Assembly (NCBI GenBank): GCA_963662715.1
Contig: OY759724.1
Location: forward strand, 720,001 to 752,000
DNA length: 32,000 nt
Reading direction: 5' to 3'
Source: Candidatus Omnitrophota bacterium
Lineage (GTDB): Bacteria; Omnitrophota; Gorgyraeia; Zapsychrales; JANLHA01
Part shown: positions 15,977-25,740 of the stretch, piece by piece
How positions within the stretch are numbered: position 1 is the first letter of the stretch
Layout of the letters: every line of letters starts with the position of its first letter
Made by a program: the position numbers and the translations under genes
Notes under the pieces: generated by a model
Told to the model about the DNA's origin: nothing
The model's input: only the letters and a program-made list of their open reading frames with translations
Database searches by the model: none

Positions 15977-16558
15977 CTATCTTAACTGGTTATATCGAAA
16001 ACAGGCCACAACGTGATCATTGACCATTCCGATGGCCTGCATAAAAGCATAACAGATAGTGGACCCGACAAATTTAAAACCTCTTTTCTTGAGATCACGG
16101 CTCATCGCATCAGATTCGGCCGTTTTTACCGGGATGTCTTTGACATGCTTAAAAGAATTGATTTTGGGTGAATCATGCACAAACTGCCAAATGTACCGGT
16201 CAAAGCTGCCGAATTCTTTCTGCACGGCCAGAAACGCCTTGGCATTGGAGACAGCTGCGGCAATTTTTAACCGGTTACGGATGATTCCGGCGTTTCGGAG
16301 CAATTGCTGAATTTTCTTTTGATCATAACAGGCTATCTTGGCGGCATGGAAACCATCAAAAGCTGTGCGGAAATTTTCGCGCTTCTTTAAGATTGTCAGC
16401 CAGCTCAAACCCGCCTGCATGCCCTCCAGAATCAGGAATTCAAACAACAAACGGTCATCATGGACAGGAACGCCCCATTCCTGGTCATGATATTTGATAT
16501 AAAGAGGGTCTGTTCCGGGCCAGGGGCATCTCTTGTGATCCAAAATAACGTCATTCAT
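15977..16558 (-). CDS. tag: DNA-3-methyladenine glycosylase I
   Basis: 193-aa ORF. RCPWPGTDPLYIKYHDQEWGVPVHDDRLLFEFLILEGMQAGLSWLTILKKRENFRTAF is nearly collinear with E. coli Tag (RCGWVSQDPLYIAYHDNEWGVP..D..LFEM.CLEGQQAGLSWITVLKKRENYR). Confidence 0.95.
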   Translation of the reverse strand: MNDVILDHKRCPWPGTDPLYIKYHDQEWGVPVHDDRLLFEFLILEGMQAGLSWLTILKKRENFRTAFDGFHAAKIACYDQKKIQQLLRNAGIIRNRLKIAAAVSNAKAFLAVQKEFGSFDRYIWQFVHDSPKINSFKHVKDIPVKTAESDAMSRDLKKRGFKFVGSTICYAFMQAIGMVNDHVVACFRYNQLR

Positions 16559-16683
16559 GAGTAAGATTCTTTTCTGCCCTCTTAATAGTGTGCAATTTTT
16601 TCAGGCATGAAAAATTGGATTATCCGATCCAACTATGCTATTTTATTAAGGAATTATTATCTTCATTTATTATATTTCTTATT

Positions 16684-18438
16684 ATGAAAAAATCGATCAT
16701 TTTATTATTCATCTTCCTGAGCCAGTATGCTTTTGCTTACGCAGACGATATTCAGCTGGAAACCGGAGAGTCCCTTTCCTGCCTTTTCCTGGATAGGACC
16801 GGTTCGGAAATCTTTCTGGATTGTCAAAATGACGGGTTACAATCATACGCCATTACGAAAGTCCGGAGTGTTAACGGAGAGAAGGTCCTCCCCGTTGATG
16901 ACAAACTCTTGTCCTGGATAAAATCTCAGCAAAGCTCCTTCACTCAGATGCCTCTGAGTTTTGACATCCTTGATCAGGAAAGAATGGATTCGTATAAACG
17001 CATGGGAGAGCCTGACTCTATCACAGGGATCATTGAACGCCTCATTGTGGAAGAAGGAATGTCCGTGTATGATACGGCCGTCCGGCAGATTGCCTTGACG
17101 ATGATCGGCGGTCTTCAGAACCTGAAGTCCGCCTACCTTCCCATTCAGACATATTGGGACGGACACCTAAGACAACTGATCAACATCCGGGCCGGTTACC
17201 CCTCGCAGCCGTTTATTTATGATCCTTTTCAACCGGAAAGAGTCAGTTCTGATTTGTCCGAGAAAGGCAAACGGGGGTTTCTCTTCCGCATCATTAACGC
17301 CCACGGCCTTTATGACTCCCAAGATCCTCTGGATGGCAAAGAACGGTTCGTCGGGTTTCCTAACTGGCCAACGATCCATTGGGAAGACTGGAAACCTATT
17401 GCCGGAGAAAACGCCTGGGTTGTCATTGCCGCAATGCATCTGCACAAAAAAAGATATCTGAAAAAACCGGATCATAACCCGGACCGCTCTCTGGATACGG
17501 TTGAAATGCGGTTGGCAAAGGAAATCGCCAGGGCAGCCCAACTGCTACAAGCTCCTAACGGAGGAATCCGCATGGCGCCTATCGGCACGTACACGCCTAT
17601 TGTCACGATTGATAAAAATTCCAGCCTTGAAGAAATTTCCCAAACGCTGGATGCTCTTGCACGCTACGAACCTTCCGTGAAAGAAAAAAATCCCGTCAAT
17701 CAACTCTTTGAGAACGGAATGGTTGTCAATGACCAATACATGCCGGAAGAGCTCACGTGGTATTACAATGAAATATCAACGGAAAATAATCTGTCCTGGT
17801 ACACGGCTTTCCGCATGTTGTACGAAGTCACCGGAGAGGAGCGGTATAAAAAATCCATGGAAGATATCGAAAAATACTTCCGGTCGGCCTGGAACGCCTC
17901 CGAATATTATTTCTATCAAGGGATGCATTTCCGTTTTGGGACATGGTTCCCCAACAATGAACACTTTGCCACTGATGTGCAGAACTGGGCGGTAGCAGCT
18001 CTGGGGCCCCAGAAAATCGACGCCTGGTTTGGGGAAGGAACGGCATTTAAAATATGGCAAAAGACGAAGAATATATCCGGGAACTTCAATCAGCAGCATA
18101 AAATCCGCGGGGTAGGCTTCACCACGGAGCATGACCGCATTTCCATTGAATGGACCGTAGGCGCAATATTTGCGACGAGGAGTTTAGCGGAATATTATAA
18201 AAAAAGTCACCCGGACTGGGCTGAGGAAGCCGCCCAAGACGCTCAAAACATGCGCAGCAGCATGGAATCCTTCCGCATTGAAATTTCTGATCAAGAAGCC
18301 GCTTACGCCTATTCTTCCAGGCGGGGGTGGATTCCCTTTGGCTGGTTTTCTCATGACCCCAACATCATCAGCTTAGTCTCGACGTGTTGGATCATACTCG
18401 CCGATGCGGACTACAATCCGTTCTTCCTGCCGGAATAA
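16684..18438 (+). CDS. Secreted protein of unknown function
   Basis: Track ORF 16588..18438. I prefer the internal ATG at 16684 because it yields a canonical signal peptide, MKKSIILLFIFLSQYAFA/YADD. No family motif was recognised. W/Y-rich segments (GENAWVVIAAMHL, NLSWYTAFRMLYEVTG) are vaguely reminiscent of alpha/alpha-toroid glycan-active enzymes, but I cannot support that call. This is the only plus-strand gene. Confidence 0.75.
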   Translation: MKKSIILLFIFLSQYAFAYADDIQLETGESLSCLFLDRTGSEIFLDCQNDGLQSYAITKVRSVNGEKVLPVDDKLLSWIKSQQSSFTQMPLSFDILDQERMDSYKRMGEPDSITGIIERLIVEEGMSVYDTAVRQIALTMIGGLQNLKSAYLPIQTYWDGHLRQLINIRAGYPSQPFIYDPFQPERVSSDLSEKGKRGFLFRIINAHGLYDSQDPLDGKERFVGFPNWPTIHWEDWKPIAGENAWVVIAAMHLHKKRYLKKPDHNPDRSLDTVEMRLAKEIARAAQLLQAPNGGIRMAPIGTYTPIVTIDKNSSLEEISQTLDALARYEPSVKEKNPVNQLFENGMVVNDQYMPEELTWYYNEISTENNLSWYTAFRMLYEVTGEERYKKSMEDIEKYFRSAWNASEYYFYQGMHFRFGTWFPNNEHFATDVQNWAVAALGPQKIDAWFGEGTAFKIWQKTKNISGNFNQQHKIRGVGFTTEHDRISIEWTVGAIFATRSLAEYYKKSHPDWAEEAAQDAQNMRSSMESFRIEISDQEAAYAYSSRRGWIPFGWFSHDPNIISLVSTCWIILADADYNPFFLPE

Positions 18439-18468
18439 TCGGAAAGCCGGCAACGTTCAGCGCCGTTA

Positions 18469-21400
18469 TTAATCCTCTTTTTCATCCACCTTATCAATGA
18501 TACTTAACCGCGCTTCAGAGCTGTTCGCCCGGATCTCCGGCACATACATGGCATGGACCTGATTAGGCATCCCGTGAAAATCTCCCGGGATTTCGGCACG
18601 GAGCTCATAGGTGATCTTATGTTTTCCCTGCGGAAGTTCTGTAATAAAAAAGGCCGCTTTCTGGTCGCGGAATTCCTTATAAAGCCAGACCTGCCTGCCC
18701 TGGGCCTCCTCGTCTTCATCTAAAGTCACGGCATATCCGCTGCCGCTTTTTAACTCTGTCGCTTCAAAACCGGCGGGCTTGTAATCTTCCACAACCAGAT
18801 ATTCGTAATGATTTTTGGCTTCCAATTGGATCTCAACCCGCACCCGGTCCCCGCTCATTAACCGGTCACCTATCTCCAGGGGCTGCCATTCGTCTTTATA
18901 CCCCTTCAGCAATGTCTCTTTTTGCGACTGCCGGGAATACGTGCGTTTCACAAAGACCTCGTTTCCGGCAGGGGAAATATTTTCTTCCAGAGTGAAATAT
19001 TTCAAATACCCGGACAGATATAAAGCCCCTTCCCCTTTCATGGCGACTGTCACCTGATTAGAACCGTTTTTCAGATACTCTTGCGGAACGGTAATGTTAC
19101 GGTTATAAGTAAACAGGTTCGCCCGGCTGACATGCCCTTTCGTTAAGGATTGACCGTTGACAAACACTTCATAATCAAAATCCGGCGTTAGCTCCAACGT
19201 CGTTTTTAAATAATCCGCCAAACCCAAAATAGCAACAGCCGTATCCCGGGTATTTTTCCACCTTGCTCCCCGCCGGTTTAAGGCGAGCCATTTGACGGCT
19301 GACTCCAAATGAGGACTTTGCGGGTCAATGTTCGCCAGCGCTTTAATGACAAAGGCCGTCGCTTCAACCCCGCCTTCACTCCAGCGGTAATTTACGCCGG
19401 ATTCTCCCCAATGAACCGTTCCGTTTTCCGGATCTTCCTGCATCCCGTTCACCAAATTCCGGGCCAAAACCCGGGCATTATCCAAACGGCCCCGCTGGAA
19501 CTCAGATAAAGCAAACAAGGCCCGTGTATAGGGGTTAAGCTGATCCCGCATATCCCAAAGACGCTGGCTTTGTTTTTCTTCATACCGGCTGTTGGACCTC
19601 GTCCCGGCCAAAGCATGCAGCATCCATGCCAGCATATCCGGATTATCCTCTTCCTCAACGAGTTCTTTCTGCAGGAAATTCACGGCCCGGGCAATCACTC
19701 CGCCTTCAATTTTTATTCCGGCCTGCTGGGCCAACGACAGCCCCCAGGTCACATAAGCCGTCATAAAACGGTTGCTGTCATCTTCTTTCCACCAACCCCA
19801 GCCGCCGTCCTCATGTTGAAACTCATATAATCTTTTAACGGCTTTCTCGGTAACGGCATTGAGCTGCTGCAGAGAGGCGTGCTGGGACATATGAGGATAA
19901 GCCGGGTCTCCCCGCGGCTCCATGACATCGCTGATATAGGCCGAAACTTCATCCCGGGAAAAGCCTAGTTGATGTAAAGTTTTGGCGACGATAACCGAGG
20001 GCAGGAAACGGCTCATGGTCTGCTCCACGCAGCCGTAAGGATAATTCGCAAGATACGGCAAAGCATCCAGCATGGCCGCGGCCATAGACGGCGACATCAC
20101 GAGCTCTAAAGAGGTCGACTCTTTCATGCGCTCCGCAGGGACGTGCAGAACAAACTCGGCACGATCTTCTTTATCCCCGGCGGATTTCAGGCTCAAGCTC
20201 TTGGCAATAAACTTCTCGATCCCGTGAGGAATGACCGGATAGACTTTTTTCATGGCGTCAGCCTCATCAGCGGCCTGGGCCATGACGGTTATATCGGCCT
20301 GGCCGGCCAAAGGCGCCGCACAAATCCAGTCTACCCGCTGCTCTCCTTGGGACGGGACTGTCACCCAGGCCTCAGGAGCGTCCATCACCTGCAAACCCTT
20401 GGCATCAAGACTCACTTTGATCTTCTGTTCCTGATCAGTATAATTATGAACATTGGCTGAAATGGTGACTTTGTCCCGTTCGGTAAAAAAACGCGGAGCC
20501 TGCAAGCGGACAATCACGTCTTTGTTTGTCCTTACCTCATGAGTGATATTCCCTATTTTCGTTCCCCGTGTCATGGCACGCGCTGTCGTCTGCCAGGTCG
20601 TCAGCGAATCAGGAAAACGGGCTTTTATCTCCGCCCGGCCGTCTTCATTCGTCATCAACACCGGCTGCCAAAATACCGTTGAACGGAAATCAGCCCTCAC
20701 TTCAGGAGTCGCAAGACCGGCATCATCGCCCAGAACCGCCCCTATTTCGTCCATCTCCATCAAGGCTTCTTCCCTGGGGGCCGAAAGAGCCGGGCTGGCC
20801 AGACCTTTCATTTTGCCGACCACCGCTCTGCTGGATTTAACCTCCATGTCCGACATTTCTTTGCTGAGCTCACCGGCGACTCCTTCCCCGAACACCATCC
20901 CCCCGCTCGCGGCATCAAGCGTTTGAACCTGGACGCTGTAATCTAAACGGTGTTCGTTTTTCTTGTCCGCATCTTTTATCAAGCTCCTCCGGAAACGTTC
21001 ATCTTCCGTGATAATCTGTCCGTTCTCATCCCGGACGAGCAGCTGGTAACGTTTTTGGTTAAAACTCGTCTGGGTCTGCACGGACAGCTGTCTTTTTTCC
21101 CCGAAGAAAAATTCCCGGATATCCTTGGCATATTCACTCTGGATATAAAAAACGCTCTTGTCCACCATGCCTAAAGCCACTTCAGCCACAACAGGCTGCC
21201 CTTTATGATCCGTCACTTCTACTTCAAAGGCCCCTTCTTCGCGAGGGCCATAGGATTCCTTATCTGCTATAATCTTAACATTAAGGAATTTCTCCTCCGG
21301 AGGAACGACAATCGGCAGAGAATACATCTTTAACTGATAATGGTCCGCAGAAACAGCATTAAAAAACATATTGGGGATAAAATAATCCTGAACGGGGACC

Positions 21401-24324
21401 TCGATCAGCTTAACCGGCCCGGTCAAATGCAGCAGTTGATAATTATGAATTTCCTGCGTCTCTGTTGTCAACAGCACCCAGGTATCCGGCCGTTCAGAAA
21501 CAATCATCAGGCGGGCAACATCCCCTACGGCATAAGTGTCTTTTTCCGGAATGATCTGCAAACCTCCATAGCGATAGCCGATATCCTCGCTTCGCGCTCC
21601 GCAGACAAAGACCTGCGCCAGGGACTTCACTTCACTCCCGTCCTGATCATAGCCTACAAATTCAACGGTGTAATATCCGTCCTGTTCAGGCTGGAAATCA
21701 AAAAGCGCTTCACCCTGCTCGTCTGTTTTCACAAAACGCGTAACGATTTCATCCTGGCGATAATCCCCCGGCTGAACCACGCGCCCTTGCTCCTTCAGGG
21801 GGGTATGCCACCAATTCCGCAAAACGGCGACCCGGCCTTCCACCGAAACCGGGTCATTATTAGCGGTCAAGACTTTAATATTGACTTCGGCTTTATCTCC
21901 GGGACGGTACACATTATGCTTGGGTGTTAAGTAAGCAAAAAAAGAATTGCGCGTGACCTTTATATCAGAAGCCGCTGTGATTTCCCTGCGGCTCTGGTCA
22001 ACGACCCGGACTTCAATGTGATACTTCAGATCATGAGGGGAATTTTCAGGGGACTCAAAAGAAAAGAACGCCTTTCCCTGTTCATCCGTCTGTACGGCCT
22101 CCTTTTTTATCAAAGACCCGTGCCCCCCCCGATAATAGGACTGCTGAGTTTCGGCGTAATACCAGGGGTATTTACGGGGAGGAACATAGCTGTGATAGTA
22201 CGGGGCCGCGTAAATAAGATACTCAACTTCGGCTTTCGCGACCGGGCCGCCGAAATAATACTGGGCCTCAATCTCAACCTCAACCTTATCCCCCAGACGG
22301 TAAGCCGCGACCCCTTTTTTATCTTCTTGAGGCCTGGGTTTTACGGAAACGAGAAATTCCGGAAGTTTATATTCCTCAAGCCGGAACAATTTTGCCTGGG
22401 CTAAAAGATTACCTTTATCCGTCGTTAGAACTTGCAGCGAATATTCTCCCAGCGTGGCGTTCTCGTCTAAAACCAAGGTGTCGCAAAAAGAACCGTATTC
22501 ATTCAACCGGTAAAATTCTTCTTTCACCGTGTTTCCGCGGGCATCATAAATCTTCACTTTGATCGGCATGCCCTCCGGGGCCCGGAACGTCTCCTTCTCA
22601 TATTTCCGCAGCGTCCCTTTGAAAGAAATCTCTTCGCCAGGACGGTACGCCGGCCTGTCGCTAAACGCATACAGCCACCAGTCCCCCTGATTCTGCTGGC
22701 GGGCGTGGAAATACCCCTGGGCAAAAGCCTGCATGGTCCCGTCGGACACACAGGCAAAAAGGTTATGCTGATGACCGTAATTGCGCTGCTCAGATGTTTT
22801 CAGCACAGCTTCCAGGAGGCCTTGTTCATTGGTCTGCCCCTGCCCTTCTTCCCAGACCCATTGCCCCTGGGCCGTGTAGTAACGGTAATGATATTTCACG
22901 TTCACATTCTGCCGGGGCGCCCCGCTGCTGCTGTCAAAAGCATAGAAAAGAGCCGAATGCCCGGCCACCTTGGTGACAAGCCCCATGTCCGTCACCAGAA
23001 TCAAATCATACGCTGTCGCATGGCCTGCCGAGACAAATAATAAGTACGCCCCCGGAGCCAGAACCCCTTGGGAGAAATCAAACTCTTTCTGGTCATCCGG
23101 TTTTAACCACTCGGCAAGTCCTTTTGACTCGCTGTACCACAAATGTTTTCCTTCATTTTTTAATGTTCTCCTCCAGGAACGCTCTTTCGGGAGGTAGACA
23201 TACTGCCTGTTTTTGACAAGGCGCTGAATAATATCCGAATAGTTATCCATCCCCCGTTCACTGTCTGTTAAAGAACGCGTTGAATCTAACTGCATGTGCT
23301 GGGAAAGATCAATTTTATACAATGTAAACATCGCTTCTTGAACATTCCGCCACCCCAAATGAAACTGGACCTGTGAATCAGGCAAAAACGTATAACTGAC
23401 CCCCATATTAAGTTTGGGTTCTGTGATATCTTTTATGCGTTGTCTGGCATTATCGACCCATTGAGAATCTCCCCGCTGGAAATTCTTTAACAGCCCCTGA
23501 TAAGCTGCCAGCGCCCCGTTAAAATCATTCCCCCTCTCATAAAACTGGCCAAGCTGATAATACGCATCATCCGCCCACTCCGAATCAGAGAATTCTTCAA
23601 TGATGGTCTCAAAATTCGTCTGAACGATCTTTTTTTCTTTTTCACCGTAACCCCGGTTGAGAAAACTCATGGCCAAGGAATAATGCGCTTTAGCTTTATC
23701 TTCAGGCAAACGGGCGACTTTAAGTATCTCTTCGTAAAGGACATTTAATCCTTCATTACGTCCTTCCGGGAGAGACTCCCCGGCGCCGCTGATCCGGGTC
23801 GGCTTGATACCCGTATAATACCAACCCCAGTTCTGTGAAATAAAATCCCCTAAAGTAAAACTGATGTTAATAAAACGCGGGCGGGCTAATTTAATATCTG
23901 TCTGCCCGGCCCAAAACTCCCGGGCCGCGCTTAAATACTGTTTTATATTTTCGGCATGTGACCACCGGTCTTTCTTGAGATACAATTCCGCCAGGGACTC
24001 ACTGGCTTCAGCCCACCAGCGGTCCTGGTTTTTGGATTCAGCCAATTTCTTCAATATTTCCTCTGCCTGCCGCTCTTGGCCACCCCCTCCGGACCGCCAT
24101 AAAGAGTCGGCCAGCTTAAAATGAACTTCTCTTTCCAGGTCTTCAGAAACCCCGCCGGATTTAAGCACCGCCTGGTATTGGGAGGCAGCCATCTGGTAAG
24201 ATTTCTCAAGCCATAACTGGTCAGCTTGTCCTTTCACAGACTTATCATAGGCTTGCGATGGGGAAAAACAGTAGCCAAAAAACACCAAAAACGTCGTGAT
24301 AATGAAAATGCCCCATTTTCTCAT
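18469..24324 (-). CDS. Bacterial alpha-2-macroglobulin family protein with a thioester motif and an N-terminal TPR-like extension
   Basis: 1951-aa ORF with signal peptide MRKWGIFIITTFLVFFGYCFSPSQA. NYPYGCVEQTMSRFLP (CVEQ codons at 20020..20031) corresponds to the CxEQ thioester site, as in E. coli YfhM YPYGCLEQ. The long beta-rich MG-domain-like region and the C-terminal receptor-binding-like domain fit the family. The first 300 aa or so are helical and TPR-like. Confidence 0.88.
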   Translation of the reverse strand: MRKWGIFIITTFLVFFGYCFSPSQAYDKSVKGQADQLWLEKSYQMAASQYQAVLKSGGVSEDLEREVHFKLADSLWRSGGGGQERQAEEILKKLAESKNQDRWWAEASESLAELYLKKDRWSHAENIKQYLSAAREFWAGQTDIKLARPRFINISFTLGDFISQNWGWYYTGIKPTRISGAGESLPEGRNEGLNVLYEEILKVARLPEDKAKAHYSLAMSFLNRGYGEKEKKIVQTNFETIIEEFSDSEWADDAYYQLGQFYERGNDFNGALAAYQGLLKNFQRGDSQWVDNARQRIKDITEPKLNMGVSYTFLPDSQVQFHLGWRNVQEAMFTLYKIDLSQHMQLDSTRSLTDSERGMDNYSDIIQRLVKNRQYVYLPKERSWRRTLKNEGKHLWYSESKGLAEWLKPDDQKEFDFSQGVLAPGAYLLFVSAGHATAYDLILVTDMGLVTKVAGHSALFYAFDSSSGAPRQNVNVKYHYRYYTAQGQWVWEEGQGQTNEQGLLEAVLKTSEQRNYGHQHNLFACVSDGTMQAFAQGYFHARQQNQGDWWLYAFSDRPAYRPGEEISFKGTLRKYEKETFRAPEGMPIKVKIYDARGNTVKEEFYRLNEYGSFCDTLVLDENATLGEYSLQVLTTDKGNLLAQAKLFRLEEYKLPEFLVSVKPRPQEDKKGVAAYRLGDKVEVEIEAQYYFGGPVAKAEVEYLIYAAPYYHSYVPPRKYPWYYAETQQSYYRGGHGSLIKKEAVQTDEQGKAFFSFESPENSPHDLKYHIEVRVVDQSRREITAASDIKVTRNSFFAYLTPKHNVYRPGDKAEVNIKVLTANNDPVSVEGRVAVLRNWWHTPLKEQGRVVQPGDYRQDEIVTRFVKTDEQGEALFDFQPEQDGYYTVEFVGYDQDGSEVKSLAQVFVCGARSEDIGYRYGGLQIIPEKDTYAVGDVARLMIVSERPDTWVLLTTETQEIHNYQLLHLTGPVKLIEVPVQDYFIPNMFFNAVSADHYQLKMYSLPIVVPPEEKFLNVKIIADKESYGPREEGAFEVEVTDHKGQPVVAEVALGMVDKSVFYIQSEYAKDIREFFFGEKRQLSVQTQTSFNQKRYQLLVRDENGQIITEDERFRRSLIKDADKKNEHRLDYSVQVQTLDAASGGMVFGEGVAGELSKEMSDMEVKSSRAVVGKMKGLASPALSAPREEALMEMDEIGAVLGDDAGLATPEVRADFRSTVFWQPVLMTNEDGRAEIKARFPDSLTTWQTTARAMTRGTKIGNITHEVRTNKDVIVRLQAPRFFTERDKVTISANVHNYTDQEQKIKVSLDAKGLQVMDAPEAWVTVPSQGEQRVDWICAAPLAGQADITVMAQAADEADAMKKVYPVIPHGIEKFIAKSLSLKSAGDKEDRAEFVLHVPAERMKESTSLELVMSPSMAAAMLDALPYLANYPYGCVEQTMSRFLPSVIVAKTLHQLGFSRDEVSAYISDVMEPRGDPAYPHMSQHASLQQLNAVTEKAVKRLYEFQHEDGGWGWWKEDDSNRFMTAYVTWGLSLAQQAGIKIEGGVIARAVNFLQKELVEEEDNPDMLAWMLHALAGTRSNSRYEEKQSQRLWDMRDQLNPYTRALFALSEFQRGRLDNARVLARNLVNGMQEDPENGTVHWGESGVNYRWSEGGVEATAFVIKALANIDPQSPHLESAVKWLALNRRGARWKNTRDTAVAILGLADYLKTTLELTPDFDYEVFVNGQSLTKGHVSRANLFTYNRNITVPQEYLKNGSNQVTVAMKGEGALYLSGYLKYFTLEENISPAGNEVFVKRTYSRQSQKETLLKGYKDEWQPLEIGDRLMSGDRVRVEIQLEAKNHYEYLVVEDYKPAGFEATELKSGSGYAVTLDEDEEAQGRQVWLYKEFRDQKAAFFITELPQGKHKITYELRAEIPGDFHGMPNQVHAMYVPEIRANSSEARLSIIDKVDEKED

Positions 24325-24589
24325 AAAGTCCCCCTTTTCAATTTTTTATATAGCATGAATGACACTTTTTTAATTTAACGCGGTTCGGAAGGGAAAGTTA
24401 CAATCATTATCAAAATTTTATCCCTACCACAAATCCCCGTTTCACAGACTGTAAAAATCCATATCCTTCTGCTTCACATAATGTTATAGGCCTTAAAAAC
24501 AGACTTGAGCATAATCCCCCAAAAACAAGTTTGGACAAAAAGGCTGACAGCAAAAATCCGCTCTTAAAAAAGGCTTATCAAGTCATAAA

Positions 24590-25333
24590 TTAATCTTGGA
24601 CGCTGGTTCGATGATAAGTATCCATTGTCATGAAAAGCTGCCCAGCCTCTCCTTCTTCACGCACCAATCGATATGTTCCCGACACTTTTCCCGCTGTCGG
24701 GCAACAGTTGGCGTCTTCTTCGTTCCAAACAAAAAATTCAAAAAACAAGCCGTCTGCAAGGAACCAGGTCTTCGTCCCCTGCCGGATCTCTTCTCCGGGT
24801 TTTAAATAAGGGACGTAGGCTTTGGCCGCGGGGACAAAATGAACAGGTCTTAATTTCAAGTTATCGTGCCAAAAGACTTCGTACACATGCTCTGTTGTCA
24901 GGGCGGCTGTTCCTTGCGCCGTTTCGGTTATATGAATGATCTGAACGGGCGATTTTTCCCCTTTGATTGAGAAAAAAGAAATCTCTGCTTTAAGATCAGT
25001 AAAAGGCGTGGTTTTGAACTCATTAAGAAGGGATATTTGACCGTTTTGAAGAGAAAGAATTTTAACAATTTTATCAGAAGCGGTATGTTCAACCAAAACA
25101 GTCACTTTGTGATTCTGTAAACTTTCAGCTGTGCATAAGTGTTCGATTTCCGATTCCCGGAGGACGTGCTCCGCTGTTTCATAGATAACAAATGACTTGT
25201 CAGCATATTCATGACTCGGTTCTTGATCGGCAAAGCCATGACAACAGAAAAAAAACGGTCCCATGATTAGAATAAAAAGAATTCCCGCCTGATAGCCGCG
25301 TTGATCATCTCTTAAATGAAAAATCTGTGACAT
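24590..25333 (-). CDS. Hypothetical membrane-anchored or secreted protein
   Basis: 247-aa ORF with an N-terminal hydrophobic segment (AGILFILIMGPFFFCCHGFA). No recognisable motif. Confidence 0.6.
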   Translation of the reverse strand: MSQIFHLRDDQRGYQAGILFILIMGPFFFCCHGFADQEPSHEYADKSFVIYETAEHVLRESEIEHLCTAESLQNHKVTVLVEHTASDKIVKILSLQNGQISLLNEFKTTPFTDLKAEISFFSIKGEKSPVQIIHITETAQGTAALTTEHVYEVFWHDNLKLRPVHFVPAAKAYVPYLKPGEEIRQGTKTWFLADGLFFEFFVWNEEDANCCPTAGKVSGTYRLVREEGEAGQLFMTMDTYHRTSVQD

Positions 25334-25740
25334 GTGACATGTATGAAAATATCAGAGTTATCCTTGATAATAAAATTATAAGACTGGCGGTAATATTTGC
25401 AATATTTATTCCTTAATATCGTATACAGGGCGAGAGGAAGGGACAATCTCCCCGCCAGATCAGAGAGATTGTCCCTTAGTCAAAGAAAGGAGAAACTGCA
25501 GAAATATGAAAGGTTTTTCTAGAAATGGGAACATCTTAAAGTTTTCTCTATTTTTAATGTCCTGCTGAAAACCACTGTTAGGAAGTCGCTGGCAGATAAA
25601 AACTCTTACAAAAAAAACAAATTATTTCCGGCTTTTGTTATTTTTTTATAAATTGTTTTATTTCATGTAGATAAAAGTTTATCCGATCAGGAAGGGTACG
25701 ACTGAAAAGGCAGGGATACTTCTTTAAAAGGCCCGGCTGA

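Noticed and set aside
16588-16683. Upstream GTG start giving the 616-aa version of the plus-strand protein
   Set aside because: The extension (MCNFFRHEKLDYPIQLCYFIKELLSSFIIFLI) would bury the clear signal peptide MKKSIILLFIFLSQYAFA, which begins at ATG 16684. It would also leave only 29 bp to the divergent tag start.
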